64,000 bases of DNA, from NCBI RefSeq assembly GCF_964355755.1, contig NC_092673.1, forward strand, positions 26,099,648 through 26,163,647. Reading direction: 5' to 3'. The position numbers and the translations under genes are program-made. This DNA is from Antedon mediterranea (taxonomy: Eukaryota > Animalia > Echinodermata). The notes beneath the pieces were generated by a model, which worked only from the letters and a program-made list of their open reading frames with translations, made no database searches and was not told the DNA's origin. Below, in pieces: positions 39,393 through 52,263 of the stretch. Position 1 is the stretch's first letter. Each line of letters opens with the position of its first letter.

Positions 39393-41374
39393 AGACGGTG
39401 TATCTTTGACCCATCTGCTATTACATCTTTACATATTTGCCGAATGCATGTTAAATTTGGTTAAAATTTCTTTTTCAAAAAAAGTGAATGTATTGAGTAC
39501 AAAGGCTTTTGTACTGTGGTTAATATAGACACATGGATATTAGGTTTCTGTGAAAATAAAGGGTGTTGGCCAACATTAAAAATAGTATTAACTTTTATAT
39601 TCAAAAGAAATATAATACAGTACATAGGATAAACAATAATAAACACTTTATTTTGAATTGGAAGATCGTTCACAAACAAAATGTATTCATCGATGAGGCC
39701 ATTATGAAAAAAATACAATGAAAAAATAAACTATCACAACTATCAACATGTATTACTGTAAAAATTATAAATGTATTTAATGAATTAATTTCTTCACATT
39801 TGTTTATTGTATTATATACCACATTACAAAAATGACATTATATTTATACACATAATACATATTGAAAATTATGGTTCAAGTGTTTATGACGTAATAGTCT
39901 ATTCAATACCTCCAAAATGTTTTATAATTTTTTTTGTTTATGTATTAACATGTATTAAATAATAAATAAGTTTTAATTAATTTAATTCATTATTCATGAA
40001 TTATTAGGAATTAAGAAAAGGTCAAGCAACCTACATCCAGTTGCCTACCATCATTTTTAAACATATCATCCTACCAAACGAATGCATGATTTCAATATAG
40101 TATTGAGGGCAGTGTCTATGATAGCTGCTTCATCACAGAGTGATCTAATTTATTATTTGTAGGTTAAATTCATGAACAATGTAAATGTAAATAATAAACC
40201 ATGATGATATAGTACAAAGTATGATGTAAATCAAAGAACTAGAATGATTAAATAAATAAAAAAATAAATATAGTAAATAAATCAAATCATAATCCTTAAT
40301 ATAGATTTATTTACAATGTATTTCAATCATATAAAATTATCGGGAATGACAATTAAAATAAAAGTCATTACATAAACTACATACTCATAACATCAGAGTT
40401 AATGACAATCTAGTAGCCCAAAATAAGAACGTTTTCACCGAACACACACTTTACCACTTTGCCATGTTAAAAATAACTAATCTACCCCGTTTACTTTAGT
40501 TTTTGGTATCCACAAAATGAATTACACCAACAGTGGTGACATGGATTAATAATAATAAAACCAGAATTGAATTAAATTACAATTAGAGCAATTAGAAACA
40601 TTTGAACCAGAAAACCATATTTATATAACAATATTGCATAAAAGAAATAACCACAATAGCGCCCTCAATTTATTTAATTTATGCAGGCAACTTTTATTTG
40701 GTCCATAGAGGGCATACTAACATACATTTTAAGTCAGATAATGTTTAAAAAATTTTAAAAACATTGTATAAAAAATGTATTTTTGTAAATCTGGTATCTA
40801 AATTCAGGCGTGGGATCATAAGTAAATTACTAAAATGTGCATTATTGCATAATCAAATACAAGTTCGTAATAACACATTCATAATAAATCTCAAAATAAT
40901 GAAGTGTGAGTTTACAATTATTCAAAGCCAATGAACCAAGATAGCATAGAAAATTAATCATTTAGCAAGCAATAAGATTCGTCTTTTCTCAAAAGAGGCA
41001 AACATCATCATGGGCTGGGCTATAGTTGTGTATATTTATCATACTTTCACTGTTGATCTTCTGTAGTTTTAAATTGCAGAAGATATTTTAGATGAATTTT
41101 GAGGAATTGACAATGAAACCAGTCATGAAATGTCAAGATTGTTTAACCAAGTCCAAAATGTGAAGATTGTAAAAATCATATTAATGAACATTATGACTTT
41201 GACTGACTGATTAAAAGAGTTGTGTACAAGAATTGATTCACAAGAGTGAGAATTCTAGTAGGATCATGAAAGTTGGTTGGCAGCTGAAGGGGAAGCACTA
41301 GGGGGTGTGTTCCTCTTAGTGACGGATTAAAAAAAAGAACTTGTTTTATCTATTTTTGACAACACTAGACTTAA

Positions 41375-41528
41375 AGCCCTGTCTACACTATTAAACTTTG
41401 TGACAAAAAAAATGATGTGCCCATATATGGACATGATGTCATATCACTACCATATTTGCGCATTTCACTATCATATTTGGGCACATCACACTTCTTTGTC
41501 AAACTAGTTTGATAGTATAGACAGAGCT
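41375..41528. mobile_element. Harbinger/Tourist-like MITE, full length
   Basis: TIR AGC(C/T)CTGTCTACACTAT.AAACT / AGTTTGATAGTATAGACAGAGCT, TAA target duplication, internal 21-bp repeat. Confidence 0.92.
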
Positions 41529-42340
41529 TAAAGATATTTTGTGAAGGCCTTCTCACATACACCAATAACAAATGTTTTATTTACGTAAAACTACAATTTT
41601 TATTTCCCAACTTATTACTCAAATATGACAAAATGATATTTCAAACATAGACAACAACATAATATATTTAAAGAAATGACGTCACGTTAAATTTTAGTAT
41701 TCCCTGTGCATCCAGTAAGTTTAATATTTCCGTTTGATCTGTAACATTTCACTGTACAATCAATAACTAAATGTTTTGCATTCGCAGACATTACTGACTC
41801 CAAAACAGCTATTTATTTTTGACAGAAGGCAATATTAAACGATGTTTATATCAGACATATACATTGACTCATGACATTTGTATGTGTTTTGTCTTTTATA
41901 AGTTTAGGATAAATAATGATAAATTTGTCTATGTGTGTCGACAAATTTTTGTTTTTCTTTTTAAATAAATCACACATAATTCTGGTTTATTTATATATGC
42001 TATGTATGAAAAATTTGTACATTTCTTAAATTCAAAATATGTCGATCTGGAAATCTGACAATTAATGAAGTTGAATAATATTTATTTTTTAAACCATGTC
42101 ACAATAAATCCCTCTCAATGTTTATTTTCACACCAAACAGCAAATATATGACATCATTACAAGATGAAAAAACTTATACCAACAGGTCCATCAGCAATTT
42201 CACACACAAGTCCTTACAATATAAATCAACCTTGAATCGATCCAGTACAATTTTATTTTGTCCTGTTTTAACATTTCACTGATTTTAAATTATTGTATAG
42301 TTTTTTGTACTTGTAACTATTGTAATCATGTTATTTCTAA

Positions 42341-42480
42341 AGATCTGTCTACGCTATCAAACTTTGTGTGACAAAAAAATGTTGTGTGCCCATATATAGA
42401 CATGATGATATTATATCACTACCATCTTTGGGCATATCACTACCATATTTGAACATATCACTACCATAGTTGGGCACATC
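42341..42480. mobile_element. Harbinger/Tourist-like MITE, right end missing
   Basis: TCTGTCTACGCTATCAAACTT followed by three 21-bp ATATCACTACCATATTTGGGC units. Confidence 0.85.
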
Positions 42481-43073
42481 TTTGTATTTAAGGAACTTGA
42501 AATCTCAGAATGCTTGAAACCCAGGATCTTACACTTAACCCAACAACTAATCTTCTAACAATGCATATTTTTTATTTTTAAAATTTCATTTTTTTTTATA
42601 GAAAATCAATCCCTGAAGGTTTAGTTTTATTACAATTCACGCCATGTCGCCTAACATAATCATAATCTCTGTCAATTAGTAATGGCTGATGATTATATTC
42701 CGCATCAAATCCCTGATTATGTGCGATATCTATGTTCACTACCACAATATATACATCATATAATCACTCATTGTAAAACATAATTTCTTACAACAATATT
42801 TACAAGAGATTGATTAATTTTTAATCTCCAATGTTTATCTCTAGTATTAGAATTGGTATTGCAGGGAAATTTCTTTTATAATTAAATTCTGAATCTTGGT
42901 CTATATCCTAACCTATATTTGTTACTAAAATATAATATAGATTTACTAATAAAAACTTTATAGAAAGTAGTAGGCCCTATATATTAACATACATACATGA
43001 AAATGTATTATAATATATAATTACTAATTTAACACATCCAATGTGTGTAGGTTAAAGAAGACTTAAAAAGACG

Positions 43074-43106
<33 letters not shown>

Positions 43107-43129
43107 CAAACAATACTGAAGGTTTCTTC

Positions 43130-43260
43130 AGATCTGTCTACACTATCAAACTTCATGTGACAACTAAATGTGATGTGCTCAATGGACATGATAACGTCAT
43201 AGCACTACCATATTTGTGAGTAACATACTTTTTTGTCAAACTAGTTTGATAGTGAAAACA
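43130..43260. mobile_element. Harbinger/Tourist-like MITE
   Basis: AGATCTGTCTACACTATCAAACT...GTCAAACTAGTTTGATAGTG. Confidence 0.85.
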
Positions 43261-43516
43261 TTTCTTCTGGTTTCGATTCGTATAATAATATAAGTAGTTC
43301 TTTGATAGTAAACCAATAATAAAACTTACGTTGGCAAGACAGTTTCGTCAAGCTGTCAGCTTGACTTCTTCAGTTGCTATGATGCGTTATGGCGCCGACT
43401 GGCCTCCTTTCCAGCCACTAGATGATTTTGTTGTGTAGCCTAGGGGACCAGTCGTCGTCAGAAGCTGATCGTAAATGTGAGATAGTTGGTGCGCGCCTTC
43501 GTCTCTATTCATCTTT
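43261..43516 (-). mobile_element. 5'-truncated Penelope-like element (family B): GIY-YIG C-terminus plus terminal repeat
   Basis: 43512-43387 translates MNRDEGAHQLSHIYDQLLTTTGPLGYTTKSSSGWKGGQSAP*, followed by a hammerhead motif. Confidence 0.88.
43334..43377 (-). ncRNA. Minimal type I hammerhead ribozyme (PLE family B)
   Basis: GCAA-CUGAAGA-A-GUCAAGCU(GAC)AGCUUGAC-GAAAC-U-GUC-UUGC: complete core, stem I GCAA/UUGC, long stem II, very short stem III, GUC cleavage triplet. Confidence 0.85.
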
Positions 43517-43904
43517 GTAATTTTATTTAGATAGCTTGATAAGAATGTGAAATGATAAAATTAAGACAGTATTGATAGCCTTTAGATAGCAAATGTTTTA
43601 ACAGTATGCTTATTGTGACGGCCTGTAATTGTTTAGACCAATAAGATTATTGGTATTTGAAAATAAAACAGATGCAATCTATTGACTATTTTGTGATATA
43701 AATATTCACAAAATCTCAACACTGATTTTATCAATCAAGTTTCTTTTTTTTTTAAATATATAAATTACATATTCACAATCATATTCAATTTTTAATGCTG
43801 TGCAAGACCATATTTTCCTTTTAATTTTCAATAAAATACATACTACTTGCTTACTTACAGACATTTTAGGCCTATAGAGTTCTGCAGTGCTGACGGCCCA
43901 ACGG

Positions 43905-44209
43905 TAGGTGGTGCTGCGTGGTTGCTAGCAAAAAATGCGTTCAACCTGCCTGAGTGACTCCAAGGTCACCAATGGTTTGGAATAGGCTCAGTGAAGTAGT
44001 TATTTTAATAATTTTTAATAAAAACAAACTAAAATTTCAAAAGATCACTAATTATTTGTTTTTAATAATATATTTATTCTTAACTACAGTTTAGGCTTAA
44101 AAAAATCAAGCTAAGATACATATAGAAATACAGATCTAGTATATAGTTTATCAACATAGTAGCGTTGAACGCATTTTTTGGTTGGCTAGCAACCACGCAG
44201 CGCCATCTA
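43905..44209. mobile_element. Element of about 305 bp bounded by ~42-bp inverted repeats (MITE-like)
   Basis: TAGGTGGTGCTGCGTGGTTGCTAGCAAAAAATGCGTTCAAC pairs with GTTGAACGCATTTTTTGGTTGGCTAGCAACCACGCAGCGCCATCTA. Confidence 0.75.
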
Positions 44210-44557
44210 TCATTGTGACGTCACAACGCAGAACATGGAAGTACTGTAGCAGCAATAAAAATGAATATTGGTACAAAATTTTATCTATATATAAATATTT
44301 CTCTAACATGGACTTGTTAAGAAAGAAAATGTCAGAATTAAATATTAAGCATGATGGGTTATATACTAGATTATCCCGTCTATCAAAATTAGATTCATGA
44401 ATATGCATGTGGGCGACATACAGTAAACCACTATCAAGACATTATAATATGAGGCATGTAAATTTGACAAGTGGACTACTGTCAGTAATTTCAAGCAGTA
44501 TATTTGGTATTTCTTTGCTTTGAATTTCGTCAACACAAAATCAAATACAATCTTATA

Positions 44558-45378
44558 GGCCCTGTTTCTGCTGCCAACTAAATACCGTATATTATACGGT
44601 ATTTTTTGAATACCGTATATATACGGTATATTTTTGGCAGCAGAAACTGCGCTCATAAAAAATATACCGTATTTTGTATACTGTATTTTCCCCACAAAAT
44701 TTGTGGATAAAATACGGTATTTACAAATTTATACCGTATTTTTTGTACCCGTTTCTGCTGCCAATAAAAAATACCGTTTTTTTTTTTACATGACAAAAGG
44801 TCAACATTCGTGTTTTTATTTTCTGTCGCTGTCAGCTGTTTTACACACGTGTATATATATATTTGGCGAAAATGTGGAGCGAAGACGTCACAGTTTTACT
44901 AAATAAATTTGTGTGGGGAAGCTAAAATGTCTGGCCAACTAAAAGGTAATAAAAGGGACAACCACATTTATAAAGACATTTCTAAAATATAAAAGTAGGA
45001 GTATGGAATAGACTTGTCTCCAAAGCAAGTAAACTCAAAGCTGAAGAGCCTGCGAAAGCAGTACAACATTGCAAAATACAATAACTCGGGGAGGGAACGA
45101 ATTAATTGTCCCCATTACGATGTTTCTGTGCTCTCACAACATCTCTATCACTAGGGCTAGGCTGTTGAAAGTGAGACGTAAAACTTCCTTTATTGCGACT
45201 TTTAATTATCGATCAAATAAATGAATGGCAATTTGTTTAAAAAAGATGAAATTTAACACGACCACCCAAGAAGTATTGTTAGCAGAAACGGGGTACTAAA
45301 AAATACGGTATAAAAAATACCGTATTTTATACCGTATTTTTATACCGTATTTTGAGCAGTTGCAGCAGAAACAGGCCC
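44558..45378 (+). mobile_element. Non-autonomous PIF/Harbinger transposon
   Basis: TIR GGCCCTGTTTCTGCTGC / GCAGCAGAAACAGGCCC, 3-bp ATA on both sides, many ATACCGTAT/ATACGGTAT subterminal repeats. Confidence 0.88.
44872..45126 (+). pseudogene. Decayed Myb/SANT-like (trihelix) DNA-binding ORF of the Harbinger element
   Basis: MWSEDVTVLL, a frameshift, then MSGQLKGNKRDNHIYKDISKI*K*EYGIDLSPKQVNSKLKSLRKQYNIAKYNNSGRERINCPHYD. Confidence 0.8.
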
Positions 45379-46881
45379 ATAGACGGTTTTGTTTTTGTTC
45401 AAAGAGAAAGAGAGAAAGATTATTAGAGGGTTACCTTGAAATTAATATTTATTACTTCACTTTCAACTTTATTCACATCATACATACAAATTAACAGTAC
45501 AATATGTGAAAAAGAGCCAAAAAATAGCTTTCATTATCATTATTTATGATATAGATATCCTTTATTTAATTATTCTGATTGATGGAATCTAGTGACGACC
45601 TATTTAGTAATCTAATAATTGAAAAAGATGTTTACTGTAGTAGGTATGTATAGTGCCCTCTATAGGTCGAAGTGTTCAAAAGCAGTCACCAGTGTACATT
45701 ACATTTAAACATAAATTGGTAGTATTAGTAATTGATCTAGAGAGAGTAATAATTGAGGGTGCATATCTTTGATTTTGAATCTGTATGCTATTTTTGCTGG
45801 AAAAAATCACAATTTTCTGATTAAAATGATACAATGACAATCTTATCTTTATCAAAAGAGTAGAGTAGTATTTCACCAATGAGCCACATAGCATATTATC
45901 TATCAGTCCTGCACATCAACTCGCAAAACAAACTGATGATTATATAGATATAGTGTGAAAATATAGAAAAGCCATTATAATTATAGGCTGTCAGAAAACA
46001 CATCTACGTCTGCCAAATGTCAGATTCAAATGTATATATAGCATGACCTATCGACGCAATAGATTATTATGATCCAGTCGTAGGTTGACAACAAAAAGCA
46101 TTCAAGCATCACAAGAACAATTTTAACACATATAATACTGTCAGCTTCGGATGACACATAAAATATGTATTTTTTTTTTTTATTTAACAGAAATTAAATA
46201 TTCATTACAGTTCGCCAATTTGAAGTTATTCATTTTTAATCTATTATGGCTATTATGAAATGTTTACAATTATTCTTACAAAAATAATTCTTATATTAAA
46301 GTTCTTTCAGTAAAAGACGAATATCTCAAGCGGTCTTTTTGATGTTTTGTTTAGGATGCAGTATCTTATTTTATAATATAAACATTTATCCTCATTATTT
46401 GATTGGTTGATTTTATATCGTACAAACAACGGTTTCACACAAATTTTGTTGATGCAAACTAATATCCAAAAATTACTGTTAAATACACACTGTTTAAAGT
46501 GGGTGGATATCACTTGAATTGAAAAATTAATATTACAGCAAAAGAAAATGTAAAAAAAAAACAAGATTTTAAAAAGATAATCTTGCAGATCTACTACCAG
46601 ATCCTATGTGTAATTACACTAAATTGGAAGTTAGCTAGTAAATGTAAAGAAACCTGTATCATTCCACATGTGTACAAGGACTACAAGAAGAATGGAGAGG
46701 AAGAAGGACAGCATTAAATCTGGTGGTCATGTCGACGTTGATAGTTTTGCGGCTGCCCTTAAACGCTTTTTACAATAGTGTATGAATAACTTAAGCTATG
46801 TGACGTTAACATACAACTGTGGTTTGGTAGTAACAAGTGAAATAAAACATTTTATATGACCACTTCTTTACACGATGCTTA

Positions 46882-47033
46882 AGCTCTGTCTACACTCATC
46901 AAACTAGTTTGACAAAAATGTGCCCAAATATGGTAGTGATATGCCTATATATAATAGTGATATGACATCATCATGTTCATACATGGGCACATCACATTTT
47001 TGGCACATACAGTTTGGTAGTGTAGACAGAGCT
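46882..47033. mobile_element. Harbinger/Tourist-like MITE, full length
   Basis: TTA|AGCTCTGTCTACACT...AGTGTAGACAGAGCT|TTA. Confidence 0.92.
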
Positions 47034-49072
47034 TTATACGCTAAATATAGATACAGTAGGAAGCTTTAATTTAATTCATTTTTCTAACCTACTCTACAAT
47101 GTAAACAGGTTACTGAAGAGAACGTGACACAGCTGTCATATCTAGCATTAATCAATTAAATCTATCAATCATACAATTCATAAAGCAATTTCACATCAAT
47201 CAACTATAAAATTATCAATCATTTTTCTTTTTTTTATCCTTGACATTAGTTTATTCGTCTATAAAATTAATTATTCAATGTAAATCAATCAGTTTTTTTT
47301 TCTAGACGTCACAATAACTTCAATTCCTTTGAGCAATTTTCGTGTAATTGATCTACGAGAGAATACCTGTAGCGTAAACAAACAGTAGAAAACTTTTAAA
47401 GAATATTGTATTTTCTGTAAAAAGATATTTTAATATTTAGGTTTCTTTGTGTATTTCATGATTTCATTTCATGATACGCCACATAACCGTACATCTCTAA
47501 AAAGTCATTCCGCACATGATAATTGCTCTGAGCGTACACAGAAAGACCTTTTGACTTGACAGCTACATATCAAAGAGGCATGTTATGAAAACCAAAGATT
47601 GCGAATATATAACCTTCATGTAGTTGAAAGTATAGGAAAACTAATTTTTCGTAATGATTTATAATCTATAGAGCAACTTCTTTTATGCCCCATCACTACT
47701 CTTTTTGATATGCAATCTCTAAAGGCATCATCTGTGTTCAAATTGGCTGGTTCATAGACATAGAGTACCACCAAAAATAAGGATATAACATTTTTTAAGG
47801 TCTAGATATCCCTATTTGAAAACCCTTGATCTTCCTCAATCATCTACCGGTTTAGCCTATTGCCTAATTTAGCTCCATCCACATTGAAACTGAAAATCCA
47901 TTCAGTTTTCAGTGGCTATTTCCATTCAATGAATATTAAATGATAATATTATTTCAAGTACTATTACAGGTCTTAATTGAATATACTAGTGCTCAAATGA
48001 CCCAACACAAAGGGTCAACCATCCTTCACCACTCCGTTGTGCAATTATACACTATAGCTGTAGCTGATCATCATCATCAGTGTCATTATTACAACTGAAC
48101 TAGGTTGCACATGCCTTTACCTAAGGCTATCATTTGTTGATGTATCAATGTTGGAATTAAACATGTTCAATTAATGTAATGATACTAAGCATAATGAACC
48201 AGTTGCAACTAACATACTCTATGATTTTAATCAATGTTCACAAACAGGCCTTTTATTTTATTTCTAATTTATTATATATTATCATAATTCATTTATGATA
48301 AATTGTTATAAATTATAATACGGTTGACATATTACTATTGAAAATTATCAAACCTCAAAATTTTGAAAAATGTCAAGATATGCAATTAATTATATACGAC
48401 AAACTGAACACGACCATTCATTTGCGCCTCTCTTCTTTTCCCCTCCGCCGATACCCTTAACATTGAAAATATTCCAAAAGAGATGTTTGATTTAATCATA
48501 TAATATGCACATAATATTGAGGTTTTGTTTATTTATGCACATAGTTAATTCAATGTACTATACTACCTAATATCTTTAGGAAATGTAGTCTTGATGAGAT
48601 ATTGTCATTAGAATCAATAAAATGTTTTAAATAAAATGTATTGTGAATTCGCGGATACCATATTTTGACTTTGATCTTACCATAAACATACATCCTACTA
48701 CTATTTGTATACAATCTGTTGATGAACCTGGCAACCATTTACACGTTACCATAGGTTCTGAATGATGAGTTATTGATTGTCTGCCATCAATGGCCTGCAA
48801 TTTACGATAATGTAAACTACATATTAATTCTGTGCAAGCTTAAAACTAAGAGAATTGTTGTGTTTGATTAATATAAATGTTGACTAAAAACCACATGCAA
48901 TAATTTGACTCAAAGATGTAATTTACAAGAATCTAGAGAAGGTTGTTTAGCAAGATAAAAAAAGAAAAAGCTTTGATTGTGAGCAATTTGGTACTGGATT
49001 GAATTTTTTAAATTGTATTGGCATTCATTCACTACTAAAATGTGTCCATCATAATATGTAATTATACTCAGA

Positions 49073-49193
49073 GGCAGATCTAGGCAGGTAGCGCTGGGGC
49101 AGGGCAGATCTAGGCAGATAGCATTGGGGTAGGGCAAATCCAGGCAGATAGCGCTGGGGCAGGGCAGATCTAGGCAGGTAGCGCTGGGGCAGG
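49073..49193. repeat. 30-bp G-rich minisatellite, 4 units
   Basis: GGGCAGATCTAGGCAGGTAGCGCTGGGGCA four times, abutting a (TA)n run. Confidence 0.92.
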
Positions 49194-49210
49194 TATATAT
49201 ATATATATAT

Positions 49211-49482
49211 AAATCCAAAGGCAAATTACTGATAAAATGACAATGCTGTGTGGGTATCAGTGGCTGGATCTCAATGGAGATACAAAAAAAAAGTGAAAAG
49301 CTAAATCAAAACGATAAAGTAAACAGCCAGAAAAGTTAGCAGAGCTTTCGGGCAACACTAGCCCTTCATCAGTGCAAGTGAGGGAATTTGGATAAAGTCA
49401 TAGCATATGAGTTGGCAAGTGCTGCCTGGGTGGACAGGAATAAAATAAATATAACAATAGAAACAGGGTGTTGAATAGTTGG
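49211..49482 (-). mobile_element. PLE family A terminal-repeat copy, best preserved, within (TA)n
   Basis: Contains one copy of the satellite monomer and an intact hammerhead. (TA)n runs lie on both sides (49194-49210, 49483-49498). Confidence 0.88.
49339..49375 (-). ncRNA. Minimal type I hammerhead ribozyme (PLE family A), intact core
   Basis: GCA-CUGAUGA-A-GGGC(UAGUGUU)GCCC-GAA-AGCU-C-UGC: stem I GCA/UGC, stem II GGGC/GCCC, palindromic AGCU stem III, CUC cleavage triplet. Confidence 0.88.
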
Positions 49483-49719
49483 TATATATATATATATATT
49501 AACTGTTAAGATACTTTCATAGTACAATAAACAGTACAATGATAATCATAGCAAAAGAAAGGAGAACATGACATGATTGATGGATGGATACACTTATTGC
49601 TTTGAACTTGACAATACAAATATATCAACACGTATAAATAATGAGCTTTTTATCCACTAAACAAGAAAATTAGAATTTACAGGTATTTACAAAATAAATA
49701 ATAAATCACACCAATAATT

Positions 49720-49910
49720 TTTTTAAAGTATTTAAATTTGTGGCATTTTGCATTGGTTTTTCTAGAGTATTTCATAATCTAGCACCATGATATGAAAAAC
49801 TTTTTTTTTTATATTCTATTTGGGTTTATCCAATTTTAATACATCCTTTGATCTTGTATTGTATGTGTCTAGTTTGGGTGTAAATAGTTCGTTTAGATAT
49901 GGTGGTGCTT
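49720..49910 (-). mobile_element. CR1-type LINE C-terminal remnant
   Basis: Minus strand gives APPYLNELF...SFSYHGARL*NTL. Confidence 0.6.
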
Positions 49911-50962
49911 AATAAATTAGCAGCTTAGCCTGGGATTTCCCTTTTATAATGCACACAACATCATGTCACTTCTCTCAGTCAACCATAGTAATTTACATTA
50001 CATCGTGATCACTAGTAACAGTACACATAGACGTTTCATTTTTGCCCCATTACAGCAATCCATAATGTTTCAAAGACGTATTGTCCCCCTTTCTACGGAA
50101 GTGATTAACTTTATTAAAACTACAAAATAATATATTCAAAGTCTGATTTAATTAATCTTCATTTTTCATGTTTTGGGGGAACAATACACCTTTTAGTTCA
50201 ATATACTACAAAAGATGTCACCTCTCCACCCCCATCGTACCGGTGACCTAAGATAACGATCCAAAGCATTTAATCCATAGTTTATCTCAACCCAGAAAGA
50301 TATTGTGAATGTGTTAATTACATTTACATACTGCCCACATTTTATTAAGAGAAATTTGTACCACTGAAATTTTCAAAACAATCTGTAGGTGGCACAGTGG
50401 ATAATTAACTTGCATACACAGTAGTGTTGGTAATCTACTACTACCTGGATAAATCAACAATAGTTTATTCTCCTTGAGATACAACTCAAAAGGTAGAAAT
50501 GGTCCCCTCTCCACAAATGGTATAGTTCATGAACTATGTCCTTATGTGGGAGCATACCCAAAAACACTCATTTATTTTTAAGACACAGGAGTATAAATGT
50601 CTGAATTACAATCATATTATTTGGCTTTGATTCTGAAATTTAAATTCATTAAAAAGAAATTCAATTCTGGTTTATTGGTTTTGGTCATGACAAATTTGAC
50701 TGGCAAGCATTGTTTAGAGTAGGATATATAAAAAATGTGAATGACATCAAAGTGCCCATCTATTTTATTTAATGACTTTACTTCATTTAAGGTAATCTAT
50801 TAACAGTGCATTTATTACCGATGAGGGAAATTGATTCTACCGTTATTCATCAATCTTAAATTAGACTTGCTTTAAAGCTATTCGAGTGTTGAGACAGTTT
50901 AAATGGCAGACCAATATTCATGGAAATATTTATGTAAGTTTGGGAATTCTTGTACAAACTTA

Positions 50963-51124
50963 AGCTCTTTCTACACTGTCAAACTTTATGTGACAAAAAA
51001 ATGTGATGTGCCCATATATGGACATGATGATGTCATAGCACTACCACATTTGGAAATATCACTACCATATTTGGGCACATCCCACTATTTTTTGTCAAAC
51101 CAGTTTGATAGCTTAGACAGAGCT
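50963..51124. mobile_element. Harbinger/Tourist-like MITE, full length
   Basis: TTA|AGCTCTTTCTACACTGTCAAACT...TTTGATAGCTTAGACAGAGCT. Confidence 0.9.
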
Positions 51125-52263
51125 TTGGATGCTTTATACAACATTTATAGTGTTTTATATTGGCCCTTAATCAAAAACAATGATCATCTTTTTTGCATTT
51201 CAGAGAAATTTGTGTAGTTATATAACCTTAAAATTTAGTGAAAAAAGTTATTATTTCAAGAAATGCCTCTTTTATCCAAAAGGGCATGGCATCAAAATTA
51301 TTCAATCCAATGGTTTGTAAAAGTACTTTTCAGTTGACAGCTGTCTAGCAATGGAATTGTCTATATGCTGATGAACTTGTAGCTCTACAAGATAATACGT
51401 AATAGATACCTATAAACCGATAAATAATTTAAACCTGGAAAATTGTTCAATCAATTTGTTCACACTTGTAATGTATCTGTATTGCTAATATGAATACATT
51501 CAACTTTAATATCAATCTTGACAATCAACTATATTATCGTTGTCCTCTTTGCTGGTTGTTATAGATCAAGGGTGGTATATATGTAGGTGATATACAGTAT
51601 ACTGTAGCCAGAAAAGTTGTATCTTTGAAAGGGAACTATAGCCCAAGAAGGAACCTATTCTCTGTCTCTTTGAAAGGTGACCATACAAGGGGTGCATGAT
51701 ACACTGTCCTCTTTAAAAGCTGACCATAGCTTAATGAAGGGCACATATGACACGCTTGGGCTGGTCCAAAATGTCTAGTAGTTCAGGAAAACTGGCTTTG
51801 AAAATACCTTACAATTAGAAACTTAAGATTTCAGAGGCATTTTGATTTTCTAGTGTAGTTTCAAGAAAGTTATGACTTAATGTAGCTACGTGAAAGAATA
51901 ATGTAAAATAAAACTAGTCTTAATGAGAAATCAGAAGACATGAATTGAGAAATATACTTTCTACAAAAAAAACCCCATAGTGAGAAAACATAATCATTGA
52001 GAAAATTATTGTGTACATGCATCATTTTAATAATTTATTTCATTCTCTGTAGGGAATAGAGTGAGTGAATTATTAAAACGAGACAAAAAAAAGATTAAAA
52101 TTAGCAAATAAAATCTCAATGCTGTTGCCATGATCAGACTGCTAAAACCCCACACGAACATGATTATTGATTTAGAGCGGCGGTACATTTCATGATACAT
52201 AATCTATTTATTTTCTTCCTTTGTATACTAATACTGTACGGCCTCATATTAAATATCGACTAA

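Noticed and set aside
18037-51217. Recurring small ORFs with PKYGSD/CPYMGTS motifs (18037, 21154, 41383, 50903)
   Set aside because: These are translations of the Harbinger MITE, not a peptide gene family.
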